Assembly (NCBI GenBank): GCA_964016885.1
Contig: OZ024746.1
Location: forward strand, 68,262,001-68,326,000
Reading direction: 5' to 3'
Origin: Eledone cirrhosa
Lineage: Eukaryota
DNA length: 64,000 nucleotides
Part shown: positions 1 through 13,573 of the stretch, piece by piece
Numbering within the stretch: the stretch's first letter is position 1
Layout: every line of letters starts with the position of its first letter
Program-made: the position numbers and the translations under genes
Notes under the pieces: model-generated
What the model was told of the DNA's origin: nothing
The model's database searches: none
What the model saw: only the letters and a program-made list of their open reading frames with translations

Positions 1-711
1 TACACAAAATTAATGTTATACAAGCAAATGCCATCCCTAGTATATATTCACACATATTTACATTTGTATGTATGCATGTATGTGTGTGTATGTGTGTGTA
101 ATATTTTACAAAGTGAAAATATTGTATACTCAATCTTATTAGGTTATATGTCAAATTCACTATAGATCTAGCATTTCTAGATTTTTTTTCCTGTAGTCAT
201 ATCACTGTATGTAATATATCATCTTTAAAAAGATATTTCATCTCTCACTACTTTATTTTACTATTCATAGATTCGTTCAGTTCATTGTTTTCTGATCTAT
301 AGCACTTGAACTACTGAAGTACTGTACCTACATTACATTAGAAATATATATTTAACATTACTACATTTTTACTCATACCAAGTGAATATACATCTGCACA
401 TTCAAACTATGTTAACATTGTTATTTAATCAATAAAAGTTGTTCATGTATATAACATCAAAACTAAAAGTAAATAGTTTTACCTGCATTTTACAGTAACA
501 AGTTTATTAGTATTAAATTATTCCAAATAAATATTAGAGTTTCAAGACAGTAAGGGAATTCATGATAGAAAACGTTTATTGATAATTGTCATTTCCATGA
601 AGAAACTGCCATTGGAAGGCAGACTAAAAGAAAAAATACATTATAGAAAGCAATACAAATTTAAACAATATTTCACTCATACTAAATTATAGAAACTTAA
701 AGAAACAAATT

Positions 712-1230
712 TCATCATCATCATTATCATCAGCATCATTTTTATGTCTGCTTTTCTACACTTTTATGAGTTGGACAAGTCTTTATCACCACAGCAGCTC
801 TCCACTCATTGCGTTCCTTCACCATCTCCTCTGTGAGTCTCAGCAAATTGAGATCAGCTCTCACCACGAGGTCTTCTTTGATCCACCTCTACAGTAGCTT
901 CCCACCACTGGGATTTCCTGGCATGTCTTCAACCAGTGATCATTATCAGTGTGCACCACATGTCTGTGCCAATTTAGTCTTCTCTCTTGCACACCACTTT
1001 AGATTCCACTTAAACCTGTTCCTCCCTCAGTTCATCCAAGCCCTGCCTTTATCTCACATTTACATTGTAGATCCAATGAAGTATGATTACTTCATTTGTC
1101 TCCAGCCTATGCATGTCTTCTGCAGTAACTGCCCATTTTTCACTACCAAGCAGCAACACACTTTGCACACAGGTGTCATGCAATGGTCCTTTTGTACGTA
1201 GGGAGAAGCCCTTCCTATCACAAAAGAAGC
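712..1230 (-). mobile_element. Degraded 3' fragment of RTE-clade LINE with (GAT)n-type tail
   Basis: Resembles the better-preserved RTE 3' end at 58385-58850 (e.g. ctgtgagtctcagcaaattgagatcagctctcaccac vs ctgtgtgagcttcagtattctgaggtcagctctgaccac); ends in (CAT)n on the plus strand at about 712-738. Confidence 0.7.
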
Positions 1231-1458
1231 GAGGAGCTGTCAGGAATGTGTGTGTGTGTGGGGGCGGGGGTCAAAATAGTGAAGTTACAAATAACTGTTA
1301 GGGAGTGCTAGTGGAAGGGGGAGGATAGGTCAGATCACATTGTATGCTGCAGGTTGGATCTTCTTCAGCACTACGTAGCGCCAGCCCACATAGTTTTTAG
1401 TCATAGTGCTTACAACCTCATCTCATGTCTTCCTAGGTTGTAAGGACTGACCTTAGAA

Positions 1459-1489
<31 letters not shown>

Positions 1490-1507
1490 CATATATGACA
1501 TATATGC

Positions 1508-1553
<46 letters not shown>

Positions 1554-2241
1554 GTGTGTGTGTGTGTTTATATGTATATACTCATGTATGTATATAACAC
1601 TTCTTATGAGAACAATATTTAACTAGTAGCTTTTGGTGTTTATTAGTAATACTTCTGTCTACTCTTTTCCAAATTGGTGAATATTGAGAGCACAACTTTT
1701 AAATAGAGAACTATTACCTCAGCTGACTTATTCCTGGATTTTTATATGCAATATTAGAATAGTTTCAAAATAAAGGTTTCTAGTTCAAATTTATTATGAT
1801 ACTATGTACACATCCAGGGAAACAATATTTTGCAATCAAAGCTCCAATAGATCAAACCTTGTGTACATCTAAATTCAAGATAAAAATCATCAAGTATGTG
1901 GTTGATAATCCCCAAAATGTTGTTCCTATTAATTACTCATTGCAAGCATTCAATCATTAAATCAATGAATACTCTATTAACTTCCTTTTAGAAAACATAT
2001 TTTTATTAAAATGCACTTGTGAATATCAAGCCTCTCTCATTGTTTGTTGAATATTATATTATAGAAGGTCAGAGGTCAGTACTCCGTGCTTCAGCTGTGA
2101 TGATTAAAGTGAACTATATTATGGTAAACATAGATGCAATACAATTCAAGCACTCTACATACTTCAAGAACATCATCTTTGTCCGTTCCCTTGTCGTTTT
2201 AATTTGAATTGAGAACATATCCTTATTATGTAAGAAGCTGT

Positions 2242-2415
2242 GGATTGGCAGTATCGGTAGAGGGTCGGACGCCATGCTTTGAAGCATAGAGTTACCTCCC
2301 TTTATGATCTGAGTTCAAATCCCGCCGAGGTTAACTTCATCCTTACAGGGTCGATAAAATAAAGTACCAGTAATACACTGGGATAATTGCTGGCCTTGTG
2401 CCAAAAGTAGAAACA
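2242..2415 (+). mobile_element. tRNA-derived SINE, family A, with 17-bp TSD
   Basis: Pol III A box (tggcagtatcggtag), B box (gagttcaaatcc), core catccttacagggtcgataaaataaagtaccag; direct repeat attatgtaagaagctgt at 2225-2241 and 2416-2432. Confidence 0.92.
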
Positions 2416-2797
2416 ATTATGTAAGAAGCTGTTTAATGAGATCATGGCACTGGTGAGGCGGAATCGCAAGGCCACTGTCGTCCTTGAAATATGTATCACA
2501 GCCTTATCAATAAAGGACTTTAACATCTGAAACTACTTTGCATTTTCTTATTCTATATATATATATATATATTATATAGGCCTTGTGAAAACTTAGTGGC
2601 TATGTAAGTATAATACTTATTCTATTTTTACAATTTGTTTAACCTAATTAGATTATTCTCTGCAAAATACTAGATATGTGCTTTCCTATAATTTTGATAG
2701 CATGCAACACTCTGAGGTCTTTAGATTTTTAGCTTCAATTATCTCAGAGAGCGATCATAGAACCACATGATCATTATATATTATATATCAATCTTTT

Positions 2798-2831
<34 letters not shown>

Positions 2832-2916
2832 GGTTCTTATATATTTGATATATATTTATCCTTATCGAGCCCTCTTTGGATTTTAGTCTTCAAATTTATT
2901 ATTATTACTATATCTT

Positions 2917-2948
<32 letters not shown>

Positions 2949-3316
2949 AATGCACACATATGTATATGTATAACAAAGGAAATGTTCATTTGCTTATTTG
3001 TGTGTGTGTTTGTGTATGTGTATGTCTGTGTCTAATTAAAAAATAAAAGGACATTTTTCTCTACACTATATTATATACCTGAAGGAAATTGTGATACTAT
3101 TTACTGATATGATTGAACATATTCCTATGAGGCAATTAATGATCCTTTTTATAAATGCTTAACATACTAGAAATAGCAAACAAATATCTCTCAAATCACA
3201 GTCTAGTATTTTTTAAAAACACATACACTGAATAATTCAGTCCTAGACATATTTTATCTGAATAAAATACAGGAAGGATGGTTAAGATTAGAATGTTTTG
3301 GTTCATAGGTCTAAAC

Positions 3317-3512
3317 CAGTGTTTCTCAACCTTTTTGACTTTATGAAACCTTTGAAATAGTTTTCATGTCTCATAAAACCCCTCCATAAAAATTATTATA
3401 TACCATTATTAACATCTAAATGCATTAGTTTATTTATCATTAGTTTATGCACAAAACCCTTAGCAACCTCTTGTGGAACCCAAGGGGTCTGGAGAACACC
3501 AGCTGAGAAATG
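3317..3512. mobile_element. hAT (Charlie-like) MITE, degraded
   Basis: Starts CAGTGTTTCTCAAC and ends ...gctgagaaatg (decayed inverted terminus); the preceding 8-mer gtctaaac resembles a Charlie-type target. Confidence 0.6.
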
Positions 3513-3629
3513 GTCTGGGGTTAAATAACACATTTTTTTTTTTTTTTTAACTTTTTGGTTTTCATGAAGCTGGTTTTGTTGTTTTACCAGCAGATTAAAT
3601 AAGTGTTAAGAAATCTAAATGAAATGAGC

Positions 3630-4305
3630 CAGCAGGAAAGAAAGTCTGAAGAAAATGTATGAAAAAGTGTTGAAGGCTGGTCTCAGGTTTCAGCCTGCCA
3701 TTGGAAAGATGACAAGGGACCACAACTAGTTGGTGAGATGCTGTGCTAAAAATAAGACCAACGCATGCAAGCATGGAAAAATGGATGTAAAGATGTGATA
3801 AGAATGATGGTGATGATGATGATGATGATGATGATGATAAAGATGACAATGATTAAAATCAATATAATTCCACTAAAACAGATGCCAAATATCTTGAAGA
3901 TCATGATGATGATAATGACAAAGATAATAAACATGACGTTGATGATTATGATGATGATGATGATAGTGAGAGCGGTGATGGATATGATGGTGATAAGGAG
4001 GATGAGGAGGTGGTAGAGGAAGAAGATAATGATTATGATGACAGCAACAATGATAGTGATGGCGATGATGATGATGAGGAGGATGAGGAGGGGGATGGGA
4101 CGAGGAGGATAGGAGGAGGAGGAGGAAGATAATGATTATGATGACAACAATGATAGTGATGACGATGGCAGTGATGATAATGATGACAGTAACAGTGATG
4201 ATGATGATGACGATGAGGGGGAGGGGGCAGAAGATCATGATCATGATGACAACAACAACAATAATGATGGTGGTGGTGGTGGTGGTGGTGGTGATGATGA
4301 CGGTG
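3630..4305 (+). repeat. RTE 3' end whose (GAT)n tail continues as about 500 bp of compound GAT/GAG/GGT trinucleotide repeat
   Basis: catgcaagcatggaaaaatggatgtaaagatg (RTE terminus) at about 3764-3795, followed by imperfect triplet repeats that explain the poly-M/H/I ORFs. Confidence 0.8.
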
Positions 4306-4712
4306 CTTACAAAGAAGAATACACAAGTGTTTTACTATGCTATCATATCCTTGTTCAGAATATAAAATGTTACAAAAAGTTTATAAATTTCATATTCTTC
4401 CAACAAGATTCGGCCCTTTTATGGATATTGTAAAGGAAAGACAAAAGATGAAACAGAAAAGAAGATACAATATTATGTTATCAGCACAATTTAAAGAATT
4501 TTACAGATAGAATAAGCCATTAGCAATAATTTGACTGTTTTATTTATTTATTTTGGTTTTGCCTTGTTTTTTCCTTTGATATTATTTCTGTGTATAGAGT
4601 TGGTTGTATGAAAGAAATATGATGAATATAGTCTCTTCCTTAAAATATCTTAATTGGACAAAATAATGGAAAGAAAATTGATGAGAAGCTATGTAGAATT
4701 TTTTCTTCTATA

Positions 4713-4718
<6 letters not shown>

Positions 4719-4781
<63 letters not shown>

Positions 4782-4918
4782 AATATATATACATATGTAT
4801 GTCTGTGCATGTGTGTGTATGTGTGTGTATGTGTGTGTACGTATATGTATATACATACATATATATATATACATACATACATACATATATATATATATAC
4901 ATACATATATAGAGAAAC

Positions 4919-4963
<45 letters not shown>

Positions 4964-4992
4964 CATACATATACATATATACATACATACAT

Positions 4993-5027
<35 letters not shown>

Positions 5028-5655
5028 CATACATACATACATACATATATATATACATCCATATATATGTCAGGTCACCAGTTGGTGCTACTGGTAACAT
5101 GTATTCCAGTACAACCTGTCTCATGGTCGGGTCGTTCGCGACTAAACCGGCAACCCCACCAAGGTTTCTTGGTGAGGAGGGTGACTTTGGACATCCTGCA
5201 GGGCTAAAAACAAAACCTGTCAAAGGGCAAAGGAGCTCTTAAGAGTCAATGGCCATCCAAAATTACCGGGAGAGATGACCCCTTAGCCTTTGTCAAGGCA
5301 GAATTCTAGGAGAAGGAAAACTCTGATATAACACCTGCAACCCTGATGGTATCCAATGATGTTGACTTGTTATTCTTTTTGGTAAATATCATCTTGTTTA
5401 AGAGAGTGGGACTGGCTTTGTGCAGTGCCTTTGCTCACTATAAAAGCTTCACGGCTCATACATATATACATACATACATATATACATACATATATATATG
5501 TATATATATATATATATATACACACATATATATACACACATATATATACACACACACATAGATATACACACACACACATATATACACACACATATATATA
5601 CACACACATATATATACACACACATATACACACACACACATATATACACACACAT

Positions 5656-5690
<35 letters not shown>

Positions 5691-5727
5691 TATACACACA
5701 CACATATACACACACATACACACATAT

Positions 5728-5762
<35 letters not shown>

Positions 5763-6278
5763 CACAAATATATATATACCCATACGCACATATATATACA
5801 GACACATACATACATATGTATATATATATGTGTGCTGCTTGATTGTCCACAAGCTAAATGTGGTATCTTTTTGAAAAGTAAAGTTACTGGGTTTGGTTTC
5901 TTTTAGTAATTCATGCATTAGGTATAATTTGTTTCAGCAAATAGTAAAAAGAAAGAAAAATAATTTGAATACAAATTATCTCTCCCTGTGTGTGTGTGTG
6001 TGTGTATAAATATATGTGTGTGTGTGTGTATTCTTTTCCTTGAAACTTTGCCGAAAAAATATAACAAAGGAAACGTATGATATGATTGATAAAAACAATG
6101 GAAGAATGATGAAATGTGTTTATATTTATATATATATACATATATATGTGTGTTTACATTTATATATATATATATATATGTGTGTGTTTATATTTATATA
6201 TATATATATGTGTGTTTATATTTATATATATATATATGTGTGTTTATATTTATATATATATATATGTGTGTTTATATT

Positions 6279-6313
<35 letters not shown>

Positions 6314-6382
6314 GTGTGTTTATATTTATATATATATATATATATGTTTATATTTATATATATATATATGTGTGTTTATATT

Positions 6383-6417
<35 letters not shown>

Positions 6418-6434
6418 ATGTGTGTGTTTATATT

Positions 6435-6467
<33 letters not shown>

Positions 6468-6500
6468 ATATGTGTATACATATACATATATATATATGAG
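4719..6500. repeat. Compound (TA)n/(TACA)n/(CA)n microsatellite field, including a higher-order unit at 6115-6470
   Basis: Direct reading; unit gtgtgtttatatttatatatatatatat recurs more than 10 times at 6115-6470; source of the YI/HT/CV ORFs. Confidence 0.97.
5071..5458 (+). mobile_element. GC-richer structured insert within microsatellite; probable retroelement (RTE-like) 5' UTR fragment
   Basis: Sharp compositional boundaries with TA/TACA repeats on both sides; hairpins gtcg-ttcg-cgac and caccaag-gttt-cttggtg; family assignment is from recalled resemblance only. Confidence 0.45.
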
Positions 6501-7074
6501 AGAGAGAGAGATGGAGAGAGGGAGGAAGAGAGAGCAAGAGGGAAGGAGAGAGTAAGAGGGAGAGAGGGAGAGATGTGTGCATGTGTGTCAGTCGGAGGCA
6601 GTGTTTATTTATATGTGTTAGTGTATGTTTCTGAGACAGAGAATTCAAGATAAGTCAATATGTTGTTGGTCCAACTATCAGAAATTTGAACAAACATCAC
6701 TTTTAAATCATCCATTACTATCTCGGTAAAGAACGATGGAGACATTGGATAATATTGTCCTTGATATACTCATTATCATCAGTCTCATTTCTGTATCTGT
6801 TTTTTTATGCTGGCAAGGTCAAAGGAAACTTTGCTGTAGCTGAATGCCATTCCTGTCCCCAAACCTCACTTGATTTCAGAACTTCACCTACATAACAAAC
6901 AAACTTTACCAATTGTGCTAACAATATCAAACAGGAAGCAAAGAGACAGAGATGATCAAGTAGATGAGGTGATTTTCACTATAGATCAGTTCAATCAAGG
7001 TTGATCTGCAGCTAAACATCATCATCACCATCACCCAGACCATTATTCTCCTCATCATTATCATAACCATAATA

Positions 7075-7907
7075 ATTCTTTCTAACCTTGGCAATGGCCG
7101 GCAATTTAGGAGAAGATAAAATTCAATTATATTGACACCAGCACTTTACTGGTACTTTATTTTATTGACCTCAAAATAATGAAAAGCAAGGGTAACATTT
7201 GCAGGATTTGAACTCAGAATATAAAGAGCCAAAATAAATGCCACAAAGCAATTGTCCAATGCTTTAAAAATTCCCTTATCATCATCCTCACCATCCTTAT
7301 AATAATAATAATAATAATTGTTTCTTCTTTTGGCACAAGGCCAGCAATTATCCCAGTGCATTACTGGTGCTTTATTTTATCGACCCCGTAAGGATGAAAG
7401 GCAAAGTTAACCTTAATGCGATTTGAACTCAGACCATAAAGGGCCGTAACTCTTTGCTGCAAAGCATGGCATCAGACCCTCTACCGATACTGCCAATCAA
7501 CCCTTATAATTGTTTCTACTTTTGGCACAAGGCCAGCAATTACCAGTACATTACTGTTACTTTATTTTATCGACCCCGTAAGGATGAAAGGCAAAGTTAA
7601 CCACGACGGGATTTGAACTCAGACCGTAAAGGGACATAACTATGCTGGGAAGCATGGCATTCGACCCTCTATCGATACTGCCAATCCACCGCCCAATCAA
7701 CCCTTACAATAATAATACTAATAATTGTTTCTACTTCTAGCACAAGGCCAGCAATTATCCCAGTATATTACTGGTACTTTATTTTATTGACCCTGTAAGG
7801 ATGAAAGGCAAAGCTAACCTCAGCGGGATTTGAACTCAGAATGGAAAGGGCCGTAACTATATGCACCCAAGCATGTTGTCTGATGCTATACCGATAGTGC
7901 CAAGCCA
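7075..7907 (-). mobile_element. Cluster of four co-oriented family A SINEs (about 7075-7270 degraded, 7316-7500, 7508-7692, 7723-7907)
   Basis: Repeated tgtttctactttnggcacaaggccagcaatt...ggatttgaactcaga...gatactgccaatcc; one copy flanked by ccaatcaacccttaYaat (7493-7510 and 7693-7710); (AAT)n spacers. Confidence 0.92.
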
Positions 7908-10281
7908 AGAAGGAGAAGGAAGATTCGAGTTAGAGGTAAGATATTTATTGCCAGGAACATTGAAAATCCAACAAGACTTCTTTCATTTTTAATTTAGTGC
8001 TTTTATAGTGTGGATTTTTTTCAAACTCGTTAACCATATAGCTTCTTTTATGAATATACTACACTAATTATTTAATTAATTATATTGTCAAACAAATGTG
8101 CATGATGCAAATTAGATTGCCCAATTCAGTTAAGTTCTGGTTTGTGTTTAACATAAGTAGCTGTTTGCTATAGGTTCTCTCTGTGTGTGGAATGATAAGG
8201 ATACTTATCTTCTAATGTACTGCCGACTGACTGTGAAACAGGTAAAATCAATGTGTACCAAGTGTGTTTACATATATTCTCATTACAATGAGTTTTATAA
8301 TTTAAAACTAGCTACACCTGCATTACATTTATCTTAAATACTACACTATCTTTTAAATACACAGTATGTATTAGATAAAACAATGCTGAAGTTCACCATC
8401 TTAAGTTTAGTGCATCCTATGTTAAAGAAACAATTGAATAATATCCATTATAATCAGAAACTTAATTTAATCTCCTCTATTTATAAAGTTGTTCTTTAAT
8501 TTGATTTTATTAAATTATATTCTTAGAAAAGAGTATTTTCTCATAAGATTATATGTATTTTGTTTTCAAATGCATTTTATGTTTTGATAGGTTTTACCAT
8601 ATTTTTAATTTTAATAATTTTGTAAATAGCAAAGAAATTTATTGAAGTTTTCTCTTTCATGGTTTCTTATGTAATAACATGGTGGATTGGGAGAGTAGAG
8701 ATAGCATTGTATAAAATGGATTGTGTTATTTGTTCTGGCTCCCTACACACTGTGTTCAAATCCTGTCAAGATCTACTTGGCTATTGCCTTCAGAGTTACA
8801 GCCTAGTTGGGTGATATACTTAATATTTTGCCTGGTTTAAGAGAACTGCCTGGCACCTTGGACGCCTTTACCAGAGTCTACTTTGTTGTAAGCATTTGGA
8901 CCAGGTCCCTGGTTTGAGGATAGGTTTTTTTACATTTTTCCACCAGTTTCAGAATGCAACAAAAGGCTTGTCCCTCTTTCGACTAAATAACTGATTGATC
9001 AAGGCTGAACTATTGCTAAATAATAGCTAACTTATAAAGTACTTATAAAGAAATAAAATATATTTTAAAAAGTTATCAAAAATGTTTTCAAACTCTTGAT
9101 CTTTCTACTCACATTGACAGCTATATTTGTCTAGAAAGAATGGAGACTATATGGTGGAGAGGACTTTATAGCCTTGAAGGAAACAAACAAATCTTTTTGG
9201 TGTTGATGCCAAAACAAAATGCACCCAGTACACCTTTTAAAGTGGTTGACAGTTGAAAATTGACACCATAATGTAGAGAGGACTCTTCATTCTTGACAAC
9301 AATATCACAACTTCTTTTTCACTCCGTACACTCTGTAAGAGTGTACAACAGGAGAAACAATTCTAAAATGGAATGTAGAAGGGAGATGCTGTTCTCCGAC
9401 CTGTCTAGGGGAGCAGTAACTCCAAATATGATGTATTTTGGACTGTAGCAACCAGTATCTCCCATGCCATCATGGAAAGCAGATGTAAAAGGAGGAGGAG
9501 GGTGTTGATGATTATGATATTGATAATGTTTAATGATGAGAACAATTATAATACCCTCATTTTTCCTCTATAATTATCCAAGGTAGAAATAAAGGATAGT
9601 ATTGATTTTGTGCAACCAGGATTAATTAAGGCAATATGTCATGTGATCAAAGTATATAATTTGGTTGCTAGTCAGAGTAGTGATTGTCTGTGACTTCAGA
9701 AAAGTGTATTAATTATAAGGATTGGGTGAAGCAGTATGTGGAGATGTTATACTGTCAAAATACCTAATTTTGTTTACATTGAAAGAATGTGTCATTAAAG
9801 ATGAAATTTCCATTACAATATTAATGTTACATTAGATTTAATTAATTAGCTTATTAGCTGATGTATCATTATTTAATTAGTTACATTGTTTATTACATTG
9901 TCTAATTTGACAATGGTGAGTTTGTTTATTTTTATAGATCAATTAGACATTTAGAAAGATACTCAGATGTTTAAATATCAAAGAATTCTAACAAAAATTC
10001 AAAACATAATTGAAGAATTTTAACTTTTCACAAAAGTGTATTGGCAAAAACAATGTGTGCTTGCATGCCAACAAACAAGTTTCACATTATGTTTATCATC
10101 ATCTACATTTGCATGAATGTTATTGTTGTTGTTGTTTAGCTCTCAGTCATCTCAGACTGAGCAGGTGTATTATAAAAGTTTCTCTAGGACTACATTGTTC
10201 AATGTCTCCTCCAAATTTTTCTTACAATAGTTTGGTGTTATTTGAGAGAATGTTAGTTGCTTTGACTTAATTTATATATAT

Positions 10282-10456
10282 TGTTGCTTCTATATTTGTC
10301 ACAAGGCCAGCAATTTCAAGAGGAGGGGAAAGTCGATTAAATTGACCCCAGTACATGACTGGTACTTTATTTTATTGACCCCCATAAGGATGAAAGGCAA
10401 AGCCATAAATCTATGCCACTAAGCATATTGTCTGAGGCTCTACTGATACTGCCAAT
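10282..10456 (-). mobile_element. Family A SINE, long-tail variant, internally deleted
   Basis: cacaaggccagcaattt...gactggtactttattttattgacccccataaggatgaaaggcaaag...gatactgccaat. Confidence 0.85.
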
Positions 10457-12721
10457 GGTGTTGTTATGGAAGCATATATGTCACATGTTTACACCTACAA
10501 GATAACCAAGAGTGCCATTATTGTGAACATTGAATACCTACATTCAAACCATACCCAGATTGTGTGCTATAAATGCTACACCACAACAATATATCAGCAG
10601 CACAGTGCAAGCCAGCAAGAGAGCCTATATAAAGTCACTCAAGCTGGTAACTTAATCTCTATGAAATTATAGCCTATCATCTTAGAAAAGAACACATTAG
10701 ATTATGTAGTTCTGGGTTCCCTGGTAGAATGCTCACAACTGAAATGCCTTTAATCACAGGTTTTCTCAATCATGGTTAACAAGAAGACTTGAAGAACAAC
10801 ACCATCATTTACACAGTAAAATATTCACATCCAGAGCCCACTTATATCATCAGCATAGCTGGAAGAGACTGTTGATGTAGTACAAGACACACAGTCTATT
10901 TCTACTTAAATAGTCTCTGAAAATACCAACACATAAACATCTGTAACTACCTAAGAAAGAAAACATCTTATATATATTCTAACAAGAGAGATTCTGTATG
11001 TTTGCACTCCCTGCATAAAATACCAATTAAATCTCCTTTAAATTATACCCTACCATCTTAGAAAAGGAAAAATCACATTGGCTAATGTTGTCCATACAAT
11101 ACCCTCCAAAAAAGAAAAAGATGAGATGCTTATATCTGGAGCAATTTTCATCATAAATCTGCTTAATGAGGGTTGGCCAAAATGTACAAAATGACAGAGT
11201 ATTAGTAATAGTAGTAGTAGTAGTAGTTGTAGTAGTAGTAGTAATAAGATGGTTTCATCTGACTGAAGTAGTAGCAGTAGCATTCTAATTAATAAATATT
11301 TTCAAGAATACCAATTATTTCAAATTATTTCAAATGGGAAATTATATTCTATACATGACAAAAACAAACAACCAATGTTTACTACTCATTGCTTAAGAGT
11401 TAGTTTACCTTGGGGTCCCAGAAGACTTGGCTGGAATGCATTTGATTATACTTCTGCTTGATCGGGTTAACAGCAACAAAACAACTTCTCCATTATCATC
11501 TTAGAATTCCCCAACCTCTCCATATCAACCCCTCCCTCCAAAACAAATACAAATAAATAATAAATATCTTCCTAAACTAATGAATGAGTAGCAACATGGT
11601 ATTCTAGTCTTGTTCATCCAGATTTTGCCCAGCTACACATTATCAAATATATCATTCTTTTCTTATATATTAGGGTGTGATTTTGAGGGTTATTTGGTTA
11701 CTACTTGTAGGAGGTAAAACAGTACTGGTTACTTCATTGAACCAAAAGATTATAATCAGGACATGTTCAGGAAAAAGCCAGAGGAAACATGAATAGAATG
11801 TTCAAACACCTCTGACATGTAAATTTCATGAACTTATTTTCTTTTGATCGAAAACAAGAAAATGAAATTTGCATTTGTCTCCTCTGATAGTTTCTGTAGT
11901 CTTTATTTTTTTATCTCAAAGCTATATATAATTAGATTCTTGGAGCTGCACTATTCTCTGTTTAAATTTAATGAATTGTGAATCTAGAAACAATGAGAAG
12001 TATCAAGAAATGAAAGTTTACATTGATTTTTAGATTACAACATAGATTACTACTACTTGTAATCAGAAATTGGATAAAATATGAAACTGATGAATAAATT
12101 GCTGGGAAAATGTAATAACAATGTTTGAAGTTGAAGATAAAAATGAAGTAAGAAAAGATCAGTATAACACAATTTATACTGAGTATTATAAATAAGACTA
12201 TACAAGCAGTCTTTCATCAAAATATTTTTTTATAGATCAACATCACCCCCAGGTAAAGTCATACGAACTTGAAATAATAACCTATACTTGATAAAATACA
12301 CTCTTTGTTAAGAAAAGCAAATCATAAAAAATAAAGAGTGAAAATCAAATTAGTTGTGAAAGTAAAAAACGTAAAATCTGTAAACGTTTCCTTGTTTAGC
12401 AGAACACAAATAATTTATTCATCAATTACAAAATACTTTTCATTTATTTTATTTTATCTATAATGAATTTGCACAATACTGAATCTGGGGCTTCTTGCAA
12501 CCCCAACAAAAAACAAACTCAATGAATAATATCTGGAGACTCATACATTATTTCTAGACATGCTGGTTGGTGGTTTTTTTATCAATAAAGTATGAATATT
12601 ACGAACCAAAATGTAACACTCTATCATGTTCTCTATCTCTCTCACACTCTGTCCCTCTCATTCTCTCTAAGTTTCTCACTCTCTCTTCCATTACTCTTTC
12701 TTCTATTACGCCCTCACTTTG

Positions 12722-12795
12722 ACTGTCTTCCCACATATTAGGCTGCCTTCCCACATATTAGGCTGCCTCCCCACACAGTAGGCTGTCTTCTTACA
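12722..12795. repeat. Minisatellite, about 20-bp unit x3.5
   Basis: gctgccttcccacatattag repeated in tandem. Confidence 0.85.
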
Positions 12796-13532
12796 CAAAT
12801 AAAGCCAATGCAGACATTAGTTGACATTGAGGAATTAACAAATGGAGAAAAACATGGTAGAGAGAACTCTTTTCCAGGGACACAACAACCATTCTAATGA
12901 TAGTTCCACAATAAAATGCAATCAGTACACTCTGTAAACTGTTTGGCAATATGTGAGAGATCCAGCCATAGAAACTGTGCCAAAAATAGAGCATACAAGC
13001 AAGAAGTAAGGTAATTGCAACTAAGATCTAACTCAGACTATAATGAGCCATCCAACTCATACCAGTATGAAAAGGTGGATGTAAAATCTTGATGATGATG
13101 ATATATTTGTTTACGAACATTGTAGAGGGTTCTGAAGAGAAGGCCCAGTCTGTTTTGTGTGCTAGTCGTGTTTAAGGGTGGGGAGCTGCAGTGGGGTTTC
13201 AGTTCCATACACATAATACCAACACAGCAAATGAACAACAACAATAAAAATGAATTAGATCTTTCACTGATTTGGTTTCAGTCATTCAACAGAAGAAACA
13301 ACTTACAGATTTAATGATCATATCGATGCCAGCACTTATTTCAATCTATTACTTATTATTGATCTTTGTCAGGCTACTACATCACAAGACAAAAGCAAGA
13401 ACACACAAACACAAACACACTGAGTATGTGTTTCAAATAATATATTTATGCAGAATTGCACTAATTATTTGCCAAAAATTTGTCCACTTACTAAGTCATT
13501 TCTTTCTTGAGCAACATTAGCAACTATTGCTA

Positions 13533-13571
<39 letters not shown>

Positions 13572-13573
<2 letters not shown>

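Noticed and set aside
3073-3095. Other AG|GT juxtapositions (minus 3078; plus about 19497 and 59048)
   Set aside because: Weak donors or short pyrimidine tracts compared with the 34047 site.
3595-4365. Poly-Met/His/Ile/Ser ORFs (also 54636-55004, 56457-56724)
   Set aside because: Triplet-repeat artefacts.
5071-5200. Canonical HDV-like ribozyme call
   Set aside because: P3/L3/P1.1 elements could not be placed in the required order on either strand; kept only as an unclassified structured module.
4640-6653. Many 100-180 aa ORFs rich in YI/HT/CV (also 37864-38848, 54188-54690, 57816-58185)
   Set aside because: Translations of dinucleotide microsatellites that lack stop codons; not genes.
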